A stretch of 62,585 nucleotides of DNA, the filler included, from Circinaria calcarea (taxonomy: Eukaryota), in NCBI GenBank assembly GCA_051942165.1. It is 15 parts of 15 records of this genome, joined end to end, with 100 filler letters (N's around TTAATTAATTAA, not from the genome) between each part and the next. Parts side by side here need not be neighbours in the genome. Positions count along the whole stretch, not along the records: positions 1 to 4,102 come from JAVECS010002475.1; positions 4,203 to 8,301 come from JAVECS010002476.1; positions 8,402 to 12,499 come from JAVECS010002477.1; positions 12,600 to 16,692 come from JAVECS010002478.1; 11 more parts are not named here. One strand, written 5' to 3'. The notes beneath the pieces were generated by a model. That model saw only the letters and a program-made list of their open reading frames with translations. It did no database searches and was not told the origin of the DNA. Every line of letters starts with the position of its first letter. The first letter of the stretch is position 1. Positions 1 through 13,518 of the stretch are shown here, one piece after another. Position numbers and translations under genes: made by a program.

Positions 1-869
1 GAATGGATTACGAAGAAATCAGCTCCATCTTCCACGAGTGGACTTCAGACGGTTTACTGAAACGGAACTTTCTCGTCTTAATTGGTGCCGATATTTGCGA
101 AACCTGTGACTTAAATGATGACACCTATGTCCTCACTAAGGTAAAAGACAAAGTTGTTTAGGACGTGGATGAGTCTGAAGGAACTGGAATTTGGACTTGC
201 CAAGAAGGCATCCGGCTTCATGCTGCTACAGCTACCATCACCAGCGCCCATCTCTTCAGAATCGCATCCGCAGATGCAGCTCAACGTGGCCTTGCTAAGA
301 AGAGCTTAGATGGTGGCATCGTCGTTGGAACAATCAAATTTCCCAGTGAAGACGGAAGGAAATCCTTCGTCGAAGATCTCCGATGTGCTACCTTTGCAGC
401 GTTCCTGATGTCTTTCATCCAGGGCTTCGACCTTTTAGAGAAGGCCGACCTGGAAAACAAGTGGAACCTGAATTACGCTTCCATTGTCCAGATTTGGCGT
501 GCAGGATGTATCATCCAATCAGACTACATCTCCGATCTCCTCGAAAAGGTCTACCATGAAGGCCACGGCGATGGCAACCTGGTATGCAACCGCCACATTG
601 CAGAGCACCTTATGAAATACTATCCTGCTCTGAAAAAGGTCGTGCTAAGGGCAACCGAGGCCGATGCAAATATCCCCAGTCTGAGCGCCTCATTGGAGTT
701 TGTAAAGTATTCGGGATCAACCGATTTACCGACGCAGTTTATGGAAGCGGAGCTGGACTATTTTGGAAACCACATGTTCGATTTGAAAGGGGCTGGGCCT
801 GGGAAACCGAAGACGGGATCGCATCATTTTGAGTGGCAGCCTGCTCGTGGGATCCACGAGACTAAATGA
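1..869 (+). CDS. 6-phosphogluconate dehydrogenase-like protein (fungal paralogue), 3' part; in-frame TAG at 159-161, possible pseudogene
   Basis: The frame from nt 3 reads MDYEEISSIF...NFLVLIGADIC...KDKVV*DVDESEGTGIWT, then IWRAGCIIQS and QFMEAELDYFGNH, which are typical 6PGD C-terminal motifs. Confidence 0.85.
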
Positions 870-1272
870 GACCGTCACGAGGAGCGTGGAACCGAATTCG
901 GTGGTCTTGTCGCCTCGGTATGAAGGCCATCAAATGAGAACTACCTCTTGCAATGTGAAGTGCAGGAAAGAAGGAACATACCTTTTACTCTTCTTGATCT
1001 AAATGAATCATTACAGTGGATACTGACAATGGGGCAAATTCTCATGCATACTTGTGTGCTTTTGACTACTGCGCGAGAGCCGAAACATCCTAGAACAAAC
1101 CCCGACCGCGATTTCAAGTTCCCAAATTGTCCTTTTTCTGCCCTCCCATATACATGCTCCTGGAACCCTATACTCCGTATATCGTTCCATGAAATTCCCC
1201 ATCGTCAATCTGATCGACTGTTGTTCTTAGAGGGCCGGATGATTTGACTGAACTGTTCTAGCCCCTGTGGAC

Positions 1273-1308
1273 GAACGAGGGAGAGAACGAGGGAGAGAAC
1301 GAGGGGAA
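1273..1308 (+). repeat. 12-bp tandem repeat GAACGAGGGAGA x3
   Basis: Seen directly; third copy is imperfect. Confidence 0.8.
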
Positions 1309-3787
1309 GAAGAACGAAGTGGAGAGGTAAATGGAAGAAGTTTGAAGCATGGAGGGAGGTAGGAAAAGGGAAGGTTGTGAATTGGATATTACGAGGGTAA
1401 GGGATACAGTATCTGTATGGGAAACCAGTCAGTCTTGGGATTCTCGCAGATGTGACGGGAACAAGCGGGTAGAGAAGCCTTACCTACTATTACATAGTTC
1501 TAGAGCAGGTCATGGTGAGAAGGATGATCGTAGAGGTTATGTTGCTCTAGGATGTGGCTTACGCTGGCCTGGGGCTTTCAAGGTGCCCATGGCTGATTCG
1601 AACGAGTTGCATTGTATTTGTAACGCAGGTGGAAAGGGGCAGCTGCCTGTTCCTCCTTTGTGATATTCATGGTCTCTGCGACAGCGCGGGATGTGGTAGC
1701 TCTGAAAGGCATTTTCTTAATTTTGAACTGTTGTACAATGCGAGGGGCTCGGTGTCGGTAGGGAGCTTGAGAGGAGGTTAGGGAGACTGCCAGGCGAGTC
1801 CCGTACGTGGCTTCTGGAGGATATTTTGATCATGGTTCTTTGGTATTTATGACCGTTTGGAGATATCAAAGGGAATCGAGAGTGCAGATATTTGGGAGCT
1901 CAGGAGGTGCGCTATGGTATGACGTCAGGAAGTAGGGAATATAAGGCTCATGTCGATATTACTTACTGCTCTCGTGCCTGTCGCTGCTTTCCATGACATG
2001 TGTATCTAATATCCTGAACAGTCACCATTTCTTATGATCAATTATGCAGACGAATATGGCTATCTTTCTTGGGGTTATAATATTGCTCGTTATCACGGAT
2101 ACGTACATGGTTCGTACACCTGAGCGGGTAGAATATTAGATGGTGCTTGATGCTGGCTAGTATCTTCAGCTGGGTTTTGTTCCTGCGTGCTGCTGCGAAT
2201 GTGGTACTATGAGTCTTTTTGTTCACTTGGCAGTCGCAGTCTTTATTGGCTTCAAAAGCCACTTCTAGAAGAAATTAAGGCCAGTTACCCCAAAAGACAA
2301 GGTAGTGCACATCGTGTACATTCCCCCCCCCCGGCCCTTCTCAAAAATATTCGTCTCTCACTCAACTCTCGTTTGGCACTGTTTCGGTACCTCATGCAGA
2401 ACGTCTTTGAAGTATTCTCAACTACGAACTACTATGTTTTGCATGGCTTCATGTATTTAACGCTACGAAGTCCCTTTCCCAGACAATATTGATATGATCT
2501 AACCAGCCAGGAGTCAGCGTTACTGTTGTGACTAAACTGACCGGATTGCCTAGGGCTGCTGGCAGTCTTGGCTTGTACGAATGAGAAATTGATGACATTG
2601 GATGGATAATTGGCAAATATCTTCAGTCGGTGGCAGTTGGAGATATCTGAGCCCCCGTCGACGCGCTCCTAATTGCGGCAGCTACTAAGTTGTTTTATCG
2701 TCAGAGTAATACCCACCTTGTGGTTACCCCAGAATTACTGGTAGGGAACCAGAGATTGAATGTCGAAACGCCCTGCTTGTTGCATACGACTGCAATGGAT
2801 ATGCTCTCAGGATAACAATAAAGCTGTTAGCCGAAGACATTCTAGCGCACTACAAACCATCGTCAATGTCGCGCATAGCTCCGTACCTAAGGAGAGCTCA
2901 GATTCAATCGAAGGCTACTGCTCAACTATTAGGTCCTATGGCATCCTGGTGGTACTCGATAAAGCACTTGAGGCTGGGTTGTGACAACTAATGCTGCGAT
3001 GGTGAAATCTTCTCTTCGAACAGCAGAGGGGAGGTGACGCAACTGGGAGATGACTTTCATACGTTAGTATATAGCTCGCCCAATCTTGCGCCCAAATTGT
3101 ACTGCTTCTATAGGGTATCATGCGTACGTTGAATACCATGAATTGGATGAGGAGATTCTTTCATGCTTCAAGGAGCACTAGGAGGTCCTTGTGGTTTGTG
3201 GTCTATCATATTCTTTGTAAGACAAAGAACTATTTTTAATTGCTCTATGGGCTTGGTTTATATCATGACATTCGCGACCGTTAAGCACTCGATGAACAGT
3301 CAGCATGTTCAACGCAAGGCCACATACATATATGTTCAGTATTAACCATTTCAGTGCGATCTTCGAGCTGCACAAGAAGGGTGGTTTCACCTGTCGTTCA
3401 AAGTTCTCTCCGGTCTTGCGTGCGACCATGACGTCGTTTATGAGCATAATGGATATCATGAATGTGGGAAATTCCATTGTCTATTTCATCTTTTGTTGCG
3501 TACAAAGCCTGAAGTATGTCATGACTGGATGGACAATCCCATTGTCGTGCTTTGTTCTCCCCTAGTGCAATATATATACCCCCTCAAGGCTCCAACCACC
3601 ATTTCCTCTGTGTCAGGCCTCGCGTTACTAACATTATTATTGCATCTTTGGATACCTTCAAAACCTGCTAGTCAAGCGTTTCGAAGCTATTGAAAGACGA
3701 TATACCTTTAAACCAGGACCTGATCGAAATCGAAAAGAAGTTCTTCGGCCATCTTCCTAGATAGACTCTAGAAAGCCCCAGAACAAC

Positions 3788-4102
3788 ATGGGAAAGGTGA
3801 CTCAATTCTTCCGGAAGCTTACTCGCGCGTCCACTTATAAGAAGACCAAAATTTTTCGGACTCTCTTCTCTAATATCTCTGGAGAATCACCAGAGATCGC
3901 TGCGACTCCAGTATTCGAAGTTACTCCAGCAACACCTCCAGCAACACGCCCAGCAACACGCCCAGTAACGGCTCGATCATGCCAACAACGATATGTTACA
4001 CCCCCTTCCTCAGAAGTAAGCCTACAACTGATAAATGATAGAACTTTTCGGGTCTGCAACGCAGATATCGAGACTGCTTCTTCATTTACGGTTACCACAG
4101 TG
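3788..4102 (+). CDS. Hypothetical protein, 5' part (truncated by contig end)
   Basis: ATG in ACAACATG context, TATATATA about 210 nt upstream, frame open to the gap, with short PAT repeats. No family recognised. Confidence 0.4.
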
Positions 4103-4202
4103 NNNNNNNNNNNNNNNNNNNNNNNNNNNNNNNNNNNNNNNNNNNNTTAATTAATTAANNNNNNNNNNNNNNNNNNNNNNNNNNNNNNNNNNNNNNNNNN
4201 NN
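4103..4202. other. Artificial contig-joining spacer (N44-TTAATTAATTAA-N44); first of 14
   Basis: Identical 100-nt spacer with stops in all six frames also at 8302, 12500, 16693, 20885, 25077, 29268, 33441, 37612, 41781, 45949, 50114, 54278 and 58432. Intervening contig lengths fall from 4102 to 4054 nt. Confidence 0.99.
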
Positions 4203-4727
4203 AGCACATCCACAGGTGTCTCTGGTTTGATGGCTATCCCTGCAAGCATCCTGTTTTCATGGACGTATCTGATCAGCTCCTTCGGATTTGTTTTCTTATC
4301 CGAATCATCGGCAGGGTTCTCGGCGGCCGTGGAAGTGATTGCAGCTTCGTAATGAAAACAGTACAGATCGCATCCAGCTTTCTGGAAATCCTTCACCCAT
4401 TTCTTCGGCTTAATCAATGTACAGGCATTAGCTCCAAGTACTCCAACGATGAGCATGGTCAATGGAAGCCTACATAAGGCGTACCTCAGCGATCATCATG
4501 TGGCAATCAAAGGTGCCTCTGCCATGGTTGGATCGCGGGCGCTCGACGTGGGAGCGTATCTTTGTTACGACAGGCGCTCCGAACGTGATGTTGGGCACGA
4601 AATGGCCATCCATGATATCTACGTGCAACCAGTCGGCGCCATGGCCAATGGTGTCTGAACACGCGGCGCCTAGAGCAGCAAAGTCTGCAGAAAGGATTGA
4701 CGGGGCAATAATGGCGGGCGGAGACAT
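4203..4727 (-). CDS. RPE1: Ribulose-phosphate 3-epimerase, 5' part
   Basis: Exon 4727-4485 gives [27 protein letters not shown] and FDCHMM. GT-AG intron 4484-4409. Exon 2 gives PKKWV...FHYEA...[11 protein letters not shown]. Confidence 0.97.
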
Positions 4728-5549
4728 GGTACCAGATGGCCGAATAGTATGTTGAAGAGAAAGCTGCGCAAGCCCAAGATAATCATCCACAATGAAGGAA
4801 AATCATTCTCATCAATGTCATGGAGCAAGCTATCAACGTCCTTTCTCCAAGGGAGAGTCGACCAGAGGATGTGACGTTAGGATTACCTAAGAGGGGAGCT
4901 GGTGTGTGGTGTGCTTAAGCGAAGCAACTCTCCTCCCCATCTCAAGCCTCTGCAATTATTGCAACCGCCCATGGTGCCACGAACTCCCTTAGGCGTGGCG
5001 GACCTGCATTGGGCGGAGAATCAGAACAACGATTGGATGGGCCGTAGAGATCGAAGAACAAAAACCTTCTTCTCCTCTCATCATGCCTACTCGACCAATA
5101 GTTTCAATGTTCGCGCCGCCGTTTCTTGCACGCGCCCACGACATAGCGTCGACCACGTTGGGCAAATGGGCGCTTGCTCTCCACCCAATCACCGCCTTCG
5201 TGCAAGTGATCGCATCTCACATCCCCAGATCTTGAGGCTCTGTCGGCCTTCTCGTTGGCTGGTTCACCGACAGGCATCGACTACTCCTTCAAAGGGTTCG
5301 ACGGGACCAGTCGGTAGTACCTGCATGGTGCTAATTTGTTAAGCTCTCCTGCCGTACCGCCAATAGGTGCTGCTGCCGCCGTGGTGGAGATGCCGTTTTC
5401 TATATGTCAAGGGAGGCCGCGACCTTCTTCGATATACTCATCCTTCTAGAATTGACTCGGCCGTCTCTCATTTTTGTTCGTTGCTCTTCTTCTCTTTCCT
5501 TGCTTTTCCTTCCTATCCGTTGATCGGACAAGCATTCTTTACTATAATA

Positions 5550-8301
5550 ATGGATTCCTACATTCTGCCCGCGACTACATACCAACCCCCACCCCGGCCG
5601 GTCCGGAAACATGTACTTAATACGATAATAGAGGATGAGATGAGCGAGCATGAAGAGGAACCCGTCAGAGGTCGCCGGGCCCGATCGCAAAGCCCAGCTC
5701 CGACACAGTCGAATGGCTCTTGCTCACCGGTGCCGTCGTTAACATCGTCCATTTCATCCTACTGCAGGAACAATCGACGATCTCGAGACTTTGATGATCT
5801 GTACGACATCTCGGATAGCGAATCAGAGCTGGACTCCAATTCACTGCCTACTTTCAAGTTCAGACCAGCGAGTGACTGTTCCACCGTATTCCAGCGGGAT
5901 TCCATGAGCACTAATGGCAGCCGAAGCCGATACCCTTCAATCGTTATCCCAAGCCCAAAAGATTGGCCCGCGGTTCAGAAGCTTCGCAAGAACTCCTCCG
6001 TTCCTCCCACTCCTCCACCGAAGATTCCAATTTCCCCAGCTGTACTTTCCCTGCTTGGGCAAAGTCTGTCATTGTCCACTGCGCCACCTTCTTTGAATGG
6101 CAGTCTTACATCGGACGAGATCACCAACTCCACCGCCCCTCCTACACCCGACACGCAGAGCAGTGCCGATGATGGAGAGCAGTGGGGTCCCATCAAGGTC
6201 GCAGAATCAACGATTGAACTCGAATTGGGGGATGCCGCTCATCATTGGGAGCAGACCATGATCCAACTAAGCCAGCCGATCCCAAACATGGATTCTATTT
6301 CCGTTTCAGTGAGATCTGAAAGTCCAGTGCTTGATCTCGCAGATGACTCTACTCCTATCGAAAAAGGAGTCCAGTTACCCGAAGGCGCATTGGACACCCT
6401 CCGCCACCTGTGCCTGCAGTTGGTATCAGAAACTTCATCCACGATAGATGGTCAAGTTTCCGAGGAGATGCAAGAAGTTTCTGCCGGCATTACCCGTTGC
6501 GAAAGTGTAAATATGACCCCAGCTTCTGCTGTGTCAAGCTACAGCTTTTCTCAGATGAGCGTTCCGTCTCCTGGAGGCTTTTTCTCGTCCTTAGGTGCAA
6601 ATGCGAGGCAAGCATGGTGTGGCTCAGGATCGCCTGTTCTACCATCGTCTGCTGCTGCTGAACGCTTCTATACCGCGCCCTGGCATGCTGATTCTACGAT
6701 GACCATTGAGCGCACTTTGGAGACCGACGACAATAACACCGAAGGACCGCCGACCGCAAGACAGATGCCATTTACTGATAGCATCCCTATATTCTCACCC
6801 AGTTCGATGAGCAATCCACTAACGGAGGCGGACTCTGATATTACTATCAAGGAAATTCAAATCAAGCAAGAAGACAAAGACTTTGATGAAGAGTACACCA
6901 GCAAGATCCAGCAAACCGCAGAATCCAGCCTTGATCGAACGAGTACTTGGTTGGCTGCGCAGAATTCTTACATGAAGGCATTGCGCGAGACGGTTCCGAT
7001 CAACCACTTGACTATTGATTCAGGATTGGCAACACGAAGAGCAAGCAAGCATGTTCGCGAGGATTCCCTTGACTCTCCTATGAAGAAAGCCGTCAAGTTT
7101 CTCGATACCGAGCACGCAAAACGTGAAGGCGCAAAAACTGCCTCGCAACCGAATGCAGATCCTCTATTCTACCATGCTTTTCAACACATCTCGAGTGTTA
7201 CATCGCCTACTGATTCTTTTGTTCACCAGCACGTACGATACGATTCATTGCAAGCCAGCCGTTCCAGTTCACCGAAAGAGCATGTCGACCAACTTTTGGG
7301 ATTCTTCCACACCAATGAAACTGATCGACCAGTACCACTGAGACCCATATCAATGATGCCAGGAAGGGAGTCAGTCGAGGAAACAACCGAGCAAAGAGTC
7401 TTCGCACGTGTCGAAAAAGAGCGTCAAGCCTTGGATCAAGTTGCTTCCACCATGTGGGTTGTTGAAGCCGCTCGTTACTTGAATGGCGGTCGCCTTCTGA
7501 ATAGTCCTGCCAGCGATCTCTTGAACAAAGCTCCATCAATGAAATCCGAGCTAGTTGAGAATACCAGGGTCTTGGATCTTGGAGGCCAGCCGAACTGCGA
7601 CTGGGCCTGGCATTGCGCTCGTGACTTTCCACATGCCAAGATCTACACAGCGACCAGCGATCATCGTGCAATGAACACCAACCTCCATGGGCCCAGCAAT
7701 CACAGTTTGGTCAGAGTCGCCAACCTCTGGCAGCTCCCCTTCCCATCCAACCACTTCGATGTCATATCCGCCCGCTCTCTCTTCACCTTCCTCAAGAACG
7801 AGAAACCTCTCGGCGAAACCGTTGATGAGTACGACATGTGTCTACGTGAATGCATCCGGTGCCTCAAACCAGGCGGCTTCCTCGAGTTCTTCCTGCTCGA
7901 CTCCGAAATTGTCCATTCCGGTCCTCGCGGCACTGCCGTCTCTGTTGAATTCGGCTTCAACCTACGCTCCCGGGGCTACGATCCGGCGCCCACCAAGTCC
8001 TTTCTCGGGCGTTTACGCCGCGCAGGCCTTGTCGACATCAAGCGTGCTTGGACTTTCCTTCCGTCAGGCGCGATGAAACCGGAGGCATACGTGCCACCGG
8101 AGACACCTCCACCGCACGTGTCGATGTACGAAGATAGAATCTTGGAGGCCGTGAGGGGACCTTTGGGGTCCGGAGCTGATGCGGCGAATGTGAGCGGGTT
8201 GGTGGGAAGTTGGGCGTGGGAGCAGTGGATGCTGAAGTTGCAGATGGAGATGGGGAGGGAGAGCGAGGGCTTGTTGGAGGGGGTAGGCGCTGTGCTGGAG
8301 G
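5550..8301 (+). CDS. Conserved fungal protein with long Ser/Pro-rich N-terminus and C-terminal class I SAM-methyltransferase-like domain (3' truncated)
   Basis: Open frame of over 900 codons from ATG 5550, with motifs RVLDLGG, LPFPSNHFDVISAR and ECIRCLKPGGFLEF. Confidence 0.85.
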
Positions 8302-10474
8302 NNNNNNNNNNNNNNNNNNNNNNNNNNNNNNNNNNNNNNNNNNNNTTAATTAATTAANNNNNNNNNNNNNNNNNNNNNNNNNNNNNNNNNNNNNNNNNNN
8401 NAAAGGGAGGGGGAAAGGGAAAGGCAGGAAAAATTAAAGAGAAGATTGTCGGTCGGATAATAAGGAGCAGTATCTTTCTTTTTGGCGGGGGAAGGCCAGG
8501 CTTCTGGAGATAGAGGGTTCATTGACGCAAGTTTTTTTTTCCACCAACCGCAAAACCAGAACCGGCAAGGAAAGGGGTAGCTGAAACCCCCGGACGCTGT
8601 TGAGCAATATGTATGGTGGCATGTATTGCTGTGTGAGTGTGTAAAACGCTTTCTAAAGGTGTGTGGAGAGTGTGGAGCATGGACCACGCAATTTCCCGTA
8701 GGTAACACGTGACTCGGTAAGCCTATATGCTTTCCAACAGCCCTGTTCAAGCGGCTCAGACCCTTTCTTTAACTCGGAAACCCCCCTATTGTTATTTTGG
8801 TTTCTTTCTCATCAGATTTCCCGCTTAATTTTCCCCAATCCCCCCCTTTAGCTAAAGCCTTGGAGTTCTGGATAGCCGTGGCATAACTTGACTAGTCCTT
8901 CCCGGACTCGACGACTGCCTATATGAATATATCTCTAAATCAGGAGTCGCCTGATACTTGTATGAAGGTGATGCATTGGCTCTAGGAAGGCACCGTATCG
9001 GCGAGGTCAACGCTGGTCGACGTACTTTTAGATAATCCAGGGGCGTCCCTCAAATCGGGCTGCTGAATCGGAGATATTCAAGTCCAAAGGCCAAATAAAG
9101 CGAACTCACAGCTAGATGCATCTGTTCATGCAAGCAGAGCATTCCGTCAAGCAGGAAGGTGCAACTTTCAGAATAGCAGTCTTCTTGTAAATCAGTTGGG
9201 GTCACTAGTTCTTTGCTGTTTCAATCTTGCCGGTTGCTGATGATCTCCGTTTGTCCCAGATATTCTTGCCGACAACTGCTTTGTGAGAGAATCTGTTGAA
9301 ATTTCATGATTAACAGCAAGAAGGCTGTTGATTTTTCCCAGAAGCGTATTAGCGTCTTCCTTTGTTATTCTCAAATTTCTTCCGATACAAGTTTGAGAAC
9401 GGTATTTGATAGAACTCAACTTCATTAGTAGTAGTGGAATGGTGACAGTTCCAGATTCACTCCCTCGGCTACAATCAATACGTTTGCTAGTACACATCGT
9501 TGTTGGCAAAGCTTTATCGAAATAAACCGTATTATCAGAGATTGTATTTTGCTTATATCTCCTTGCAGATGGTTACTGGCCTTCGCCTGCCGTCGAGCAG
9601 CCCGATGATGGTATAGACCATTTCGGGTCAATCACTTCTGGGTTGTTTTCAGTTCTTCTGAGGTCTTGTAGCTGCTTGCTAACACCGACATTGAGTAAAG
9701 CCTTATGCCGGTTGCTGACAGCAGTCCGTGTATTTCGAATCCGTAATTCTATAGCCATGGCCTTCACCTTGCAGTATATGCCCCAACTTTACCTAGAGTA
9801 GAAACCTCTGCCGAGAATGAGGCATCAAGGTTACCAAGTCCGTTCTGAAGCGCGCTGAACGATTTATACAATGTTGTCTTGACCTGCAAGAAACCCTTCT
9901 TGTACCTTGTGAAATGTATGGGACTAATCTCATACCCTCCCAGCATTGCCCAACGCCACCGCAAGCATAATTTTGAATCGTCCCATGTCTCTAGCAAGAT
10001 CACACAATGGCTTTTTTTGTTGCTCAAGTATCTAGTTCCATCGAAACCCTCCAGCTTACCTACCTACATACCTACCTTTCCTTCGCCAAACCCAATCAAT
10101 CACAACCGAGTCGACTTTTTGACCCGACGAGTTTATTTTCCCGTAGACTCTCGAACACACACACTCTCTCCCCCCCCCTCTCTCCCTCTCTCTCTGCGCC
10201 ACTCCATGCAAAGAAGAGTATAATATGTACAAGGCCCCAAAGATTCGCCTTTTCTTTCAAAGTGATACCATAGGGGCGTCCGTCTAAACCCGCTCGTTGT
10301 ATCTGTCTACGTATGGTAGTATTATAAGTTCGGTTTTAGGCTTCTAGCAGCCGAAAGGCGCGTTCAAAAACTACGGAGTACCACAGTACAGTACAAGTGA
10401 TAATCCTATTCCCCATACTACAGTATGGTACAGTACAGTACAAGTACAGTACAAGTAATAATCCCAATTCCCCA

Positions 10475-10616
10475 TACTACACTACACTACGCTACACTAC
10501 GCTACACTACACTAGGCCCCCCCGCGGGGAGGCAGGTTCATCAGAAAATTACCATAGGGACTATCTATCTTTCCCCATTTCACAGGGCGAGGGCGAGGGC
10601 GAGGGCGAGGGGCGAG
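10475..10616. repeat. Microsatellites: (CTACA/CTACG)n at ~10475-10514 and (AGGGCG)4 at 10584-10607
   Basis: Seen directly. Confidence 0.85.
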
Positions 10617-11361
10617 CGGTAGATAAGTAACAAGCTCGCGCCCAAAGAGGGGGTTTTGGGTGCACAATTAAATATTTAATAACTCGGGGCAACGCAACGG
10701 AACGGAACGGAACTGGAATTTTGGGGGGGGGGACCCCTACCAAATAGCCCCTCGGGAATTTTTTCCCCACCAAAAACGCACAGGGAGAGGCTCCAGGGGC
10801 CACGATAGCTCAACGAGAAGAAAATACGGAGTATAGTCCCAAAGACAAAGACCTTTCTCGAGATACTTTGCTTTCGATAAAATGACTTCCAAGCTCTATT
10901 TTGGCAAAAAAAAACTTCTTTCGAACAATGTTCTCATGAGTGAGTGGATGGAAGTTCACCATCGTCTCAATGATGACAATCCTCTCCGAGATGGCCATCT
11001 GTCTATCTATCGAAGGTTATCCCGGTAACGTGAACATCCCTCGTTGTAACGTCCTGCCTGGATGGTAAGGTGCACTACTTAAGCCAAGATGATCCCATTT
11101 CATGCGGCTATCCGAACCTTTGGCCACAGTCGACACCGTCCACAATCCCAATTAGTTTTCCCCTCCCTTTAATTTATTAATTAAAGTCAAAGTAAGCCCA
11201 GCTCCTTATGCATAGCTCGAATGATCGCAAATGGCGTCGACTAAACAACAGATAAACAACAGATACGCACAAGACCGAAGAAGCCATGCAAACTCCACAT
11301 CATAGACCCCACTCCCTATCCACAATCGAGACCCAATCTGGCGTCATACTGGTTGCTGGGT

Positions 11362-12499
11362 TTAGTAAAAGCGGCCTTTTGGAACCGCAACGAAAATCCC
11401 CACGAGGATAGCAGAAAGGACGGTGGCGCCAAGGATCGATTGAAGGAAGATGGTATCTTGAATTTGGCGTAGAGCTGGCTCTTTGATCCATACTTCCTTG
11501 TCAAAGACTTTTCGGATAATGTTGCGCTTTTCGTACTTCACAACCCACGGTTCGGACTCGTAGCTATTACTGCTCCCAAAGCTATCGAACGACCCTCTCC
11601 CCATCTCGTATTGCGAAGTAGCATCTTCTTCGTCAGTAAACAATTCCCAAGGTCGGATATGACGATGATGCATGCCATGAAGAACCTAAACGGTTTTAGT
11701 AAAGTCAATAGGCAAAGCGAGGATCTACGTTCTTACCACACACATGCCCTTCCAGGCGGCAACCATGGTTGAAATTCCAACCAAAAACGCAACAGCAGAT
11801 AAGGCTCTCCAACCCCTTCCCCCATTACTCAACGTGATGAGTACTGCGGTGATGGCACCAGCTACAATAAGGAATACACCAAGACCACGGGCAAATATTA
11901 CACGGGGACGATTGCCATTGCAGATAGTCCAACGGATGAAATTAGGATGGGCCTGGTGACGTAAGGACCACTCAATGGTGTGAAGAATCTCCGTGAAAGC
12001 GGTGGGATTCGTAGTGCTTGCCAAGGCCTGGAGCACTTCGGCACGTTCCTTTGAGGATAGATTGAGCTGGCGGCAGCTATCATCGGAGATGTAGGTTGCA
12101 ATCACACGGGTGATTTCCTCACGAAACGGCTGGACGGTAACTGGTGTTGCTGTGAGCTTGGTGTGCCGCGATTGATTTGCCATCTTTGGACTTACACGGC
12201 TGCACTTTGACATTTGCTGCCTCGAATGCTCCAGCCGCTTTTTGCCGAAATGACTTCCCACCAGTACTCTGAATAGTAGAAGCACCGTCATCCCAACCAT
12301 AATCAGATCCTGCCGCAATACTTTGCCTTCCCGCGTCTGGACTATATGGCGGTGTGTAGAAAGGGTTATTCCCACCGTATTCAACAACGCTGACCTTTGG
12401 TACCGCAAAATCCGTATCCTTGAAAATAGCTGCAGTATCCGCGCTGATCTTTTTCTGGGCCTTCGAGTTCCCGTAGCCCGCTGTATCGGCTTCGGCCTT
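11362..12499 (-). CDS. RAX1: RGS-domain membrane protein, RAX1/RgsB family, 3' part
   Basis: Introns 12195-12141 and 11736-11686. Spliced product has QPFREEITRVIATYI...RQLNLSSKER...HPNFIRWTICNGN, two TM helices, KGMCVVLHGMHHRHIRPWELF and a final TM helix. Confidence 0.9.
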
Positions 12500-13518
12500 N
12501 NNNNNNNNNNNNNNNNNNNNNNNNNNNNNNNNNNNNNNNNNNNTTAATTAATTAANNNNNNNNNNNNNNNNNNNNNNNNNNNNNNNNNNNNNNNNNNNNG
12601 GGGAAGAATGAGGGAAATGTCGGGGGAGAAAAAGAAAAAAAAAACTAACAAAGAGAAGTTTCAGGGGGTATTCGACAAAGGGCATGCCACTGGGTATACC
12701 GCGGAGTATGCCACGGGGTATACCACTAGCTTTGAAGAAGGTTAAAATAATAGCTTTCTGCCTTTTCGTAACTTACCTCTTAAATTATCAAGGCTATTAG
12801 AAATAACGCCGCTAATAATCCGGTAATCCGAATTAAATTAATAATTCGAGTTATTATTTAAATTAGATTGTTAATTTTAATTCATTTTTAAAATTATTAA
12901 ATTAATTATAATTTAGTTTCTGGACTGAATTATTTGAATTACTGACGGCGCTGGTTGGGAATCCTACGTGTAAGAGAAAGTCTACTAGCAATAACCATAA
13001 TGAACCTCCATTGCCTCTGCACCCTCTCTTTCTACCCCGGCTCCCACCCCCCCACTCATTTCCACAATCCCAATCCAGCCATTCTTCCCCTTCCCTTTCT
13101 TCTCTATTATACTCACTACATCCATCTCTCCCTATCGGTCCAGTTATTCCAATCCAATCCGACTGCGGAGCCCGTTGTCGTGGTCGTCTGGGCGGGAATA
13201 CAAACAAAGGATTTAAGTAGGTAGAAATAAGTGAATTAAAGGGGAAGGAGTTTAGGCATGTCTGGGATAATGCCGATTTGTATAGTAGGGGAAAGGGCTG
13301 GATGAGGTAGGATTAGAAACGAGAGAACTGGGTGATTGGAGAAGCTAATTCAAAATATCAAGCAGCTTTTGTACGAATCAGCTAGGCACACCCAAAGTCT
13401 TCAAATATCAATGAATGTACTCCATGAGAATTAGCGGGCCCACGAGGCCAGTGATATAGTGTAACCTCCTCGCAAGTGAATCGAGCAAAGCTACTTCCTG
13501 GAACCTCGACGTTTTCAA

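Noticed and set aside
159..161. A-to-I editing of UAG to UGG restoring 6PGD
   Set aside because: As I recall, the homologous residue is Gln rather than Trp, and neighbouring codons also look C>T mutated.
5367..5549. N-terminal extension of the 996-aa ORF from GTG 5367
   Set aside because: Non-ATG start running through a CT-rich 5' UTR; ATG 5550 is the plausible start.
12600..12960. AT-rich tract with a GY..GY-like peptide fragment (similar AT-rich tracts at ~35900-36420 and ~37900-38260)
   Set aside because: Looks like RIP-degraded relic DNA; too decayed to assign.
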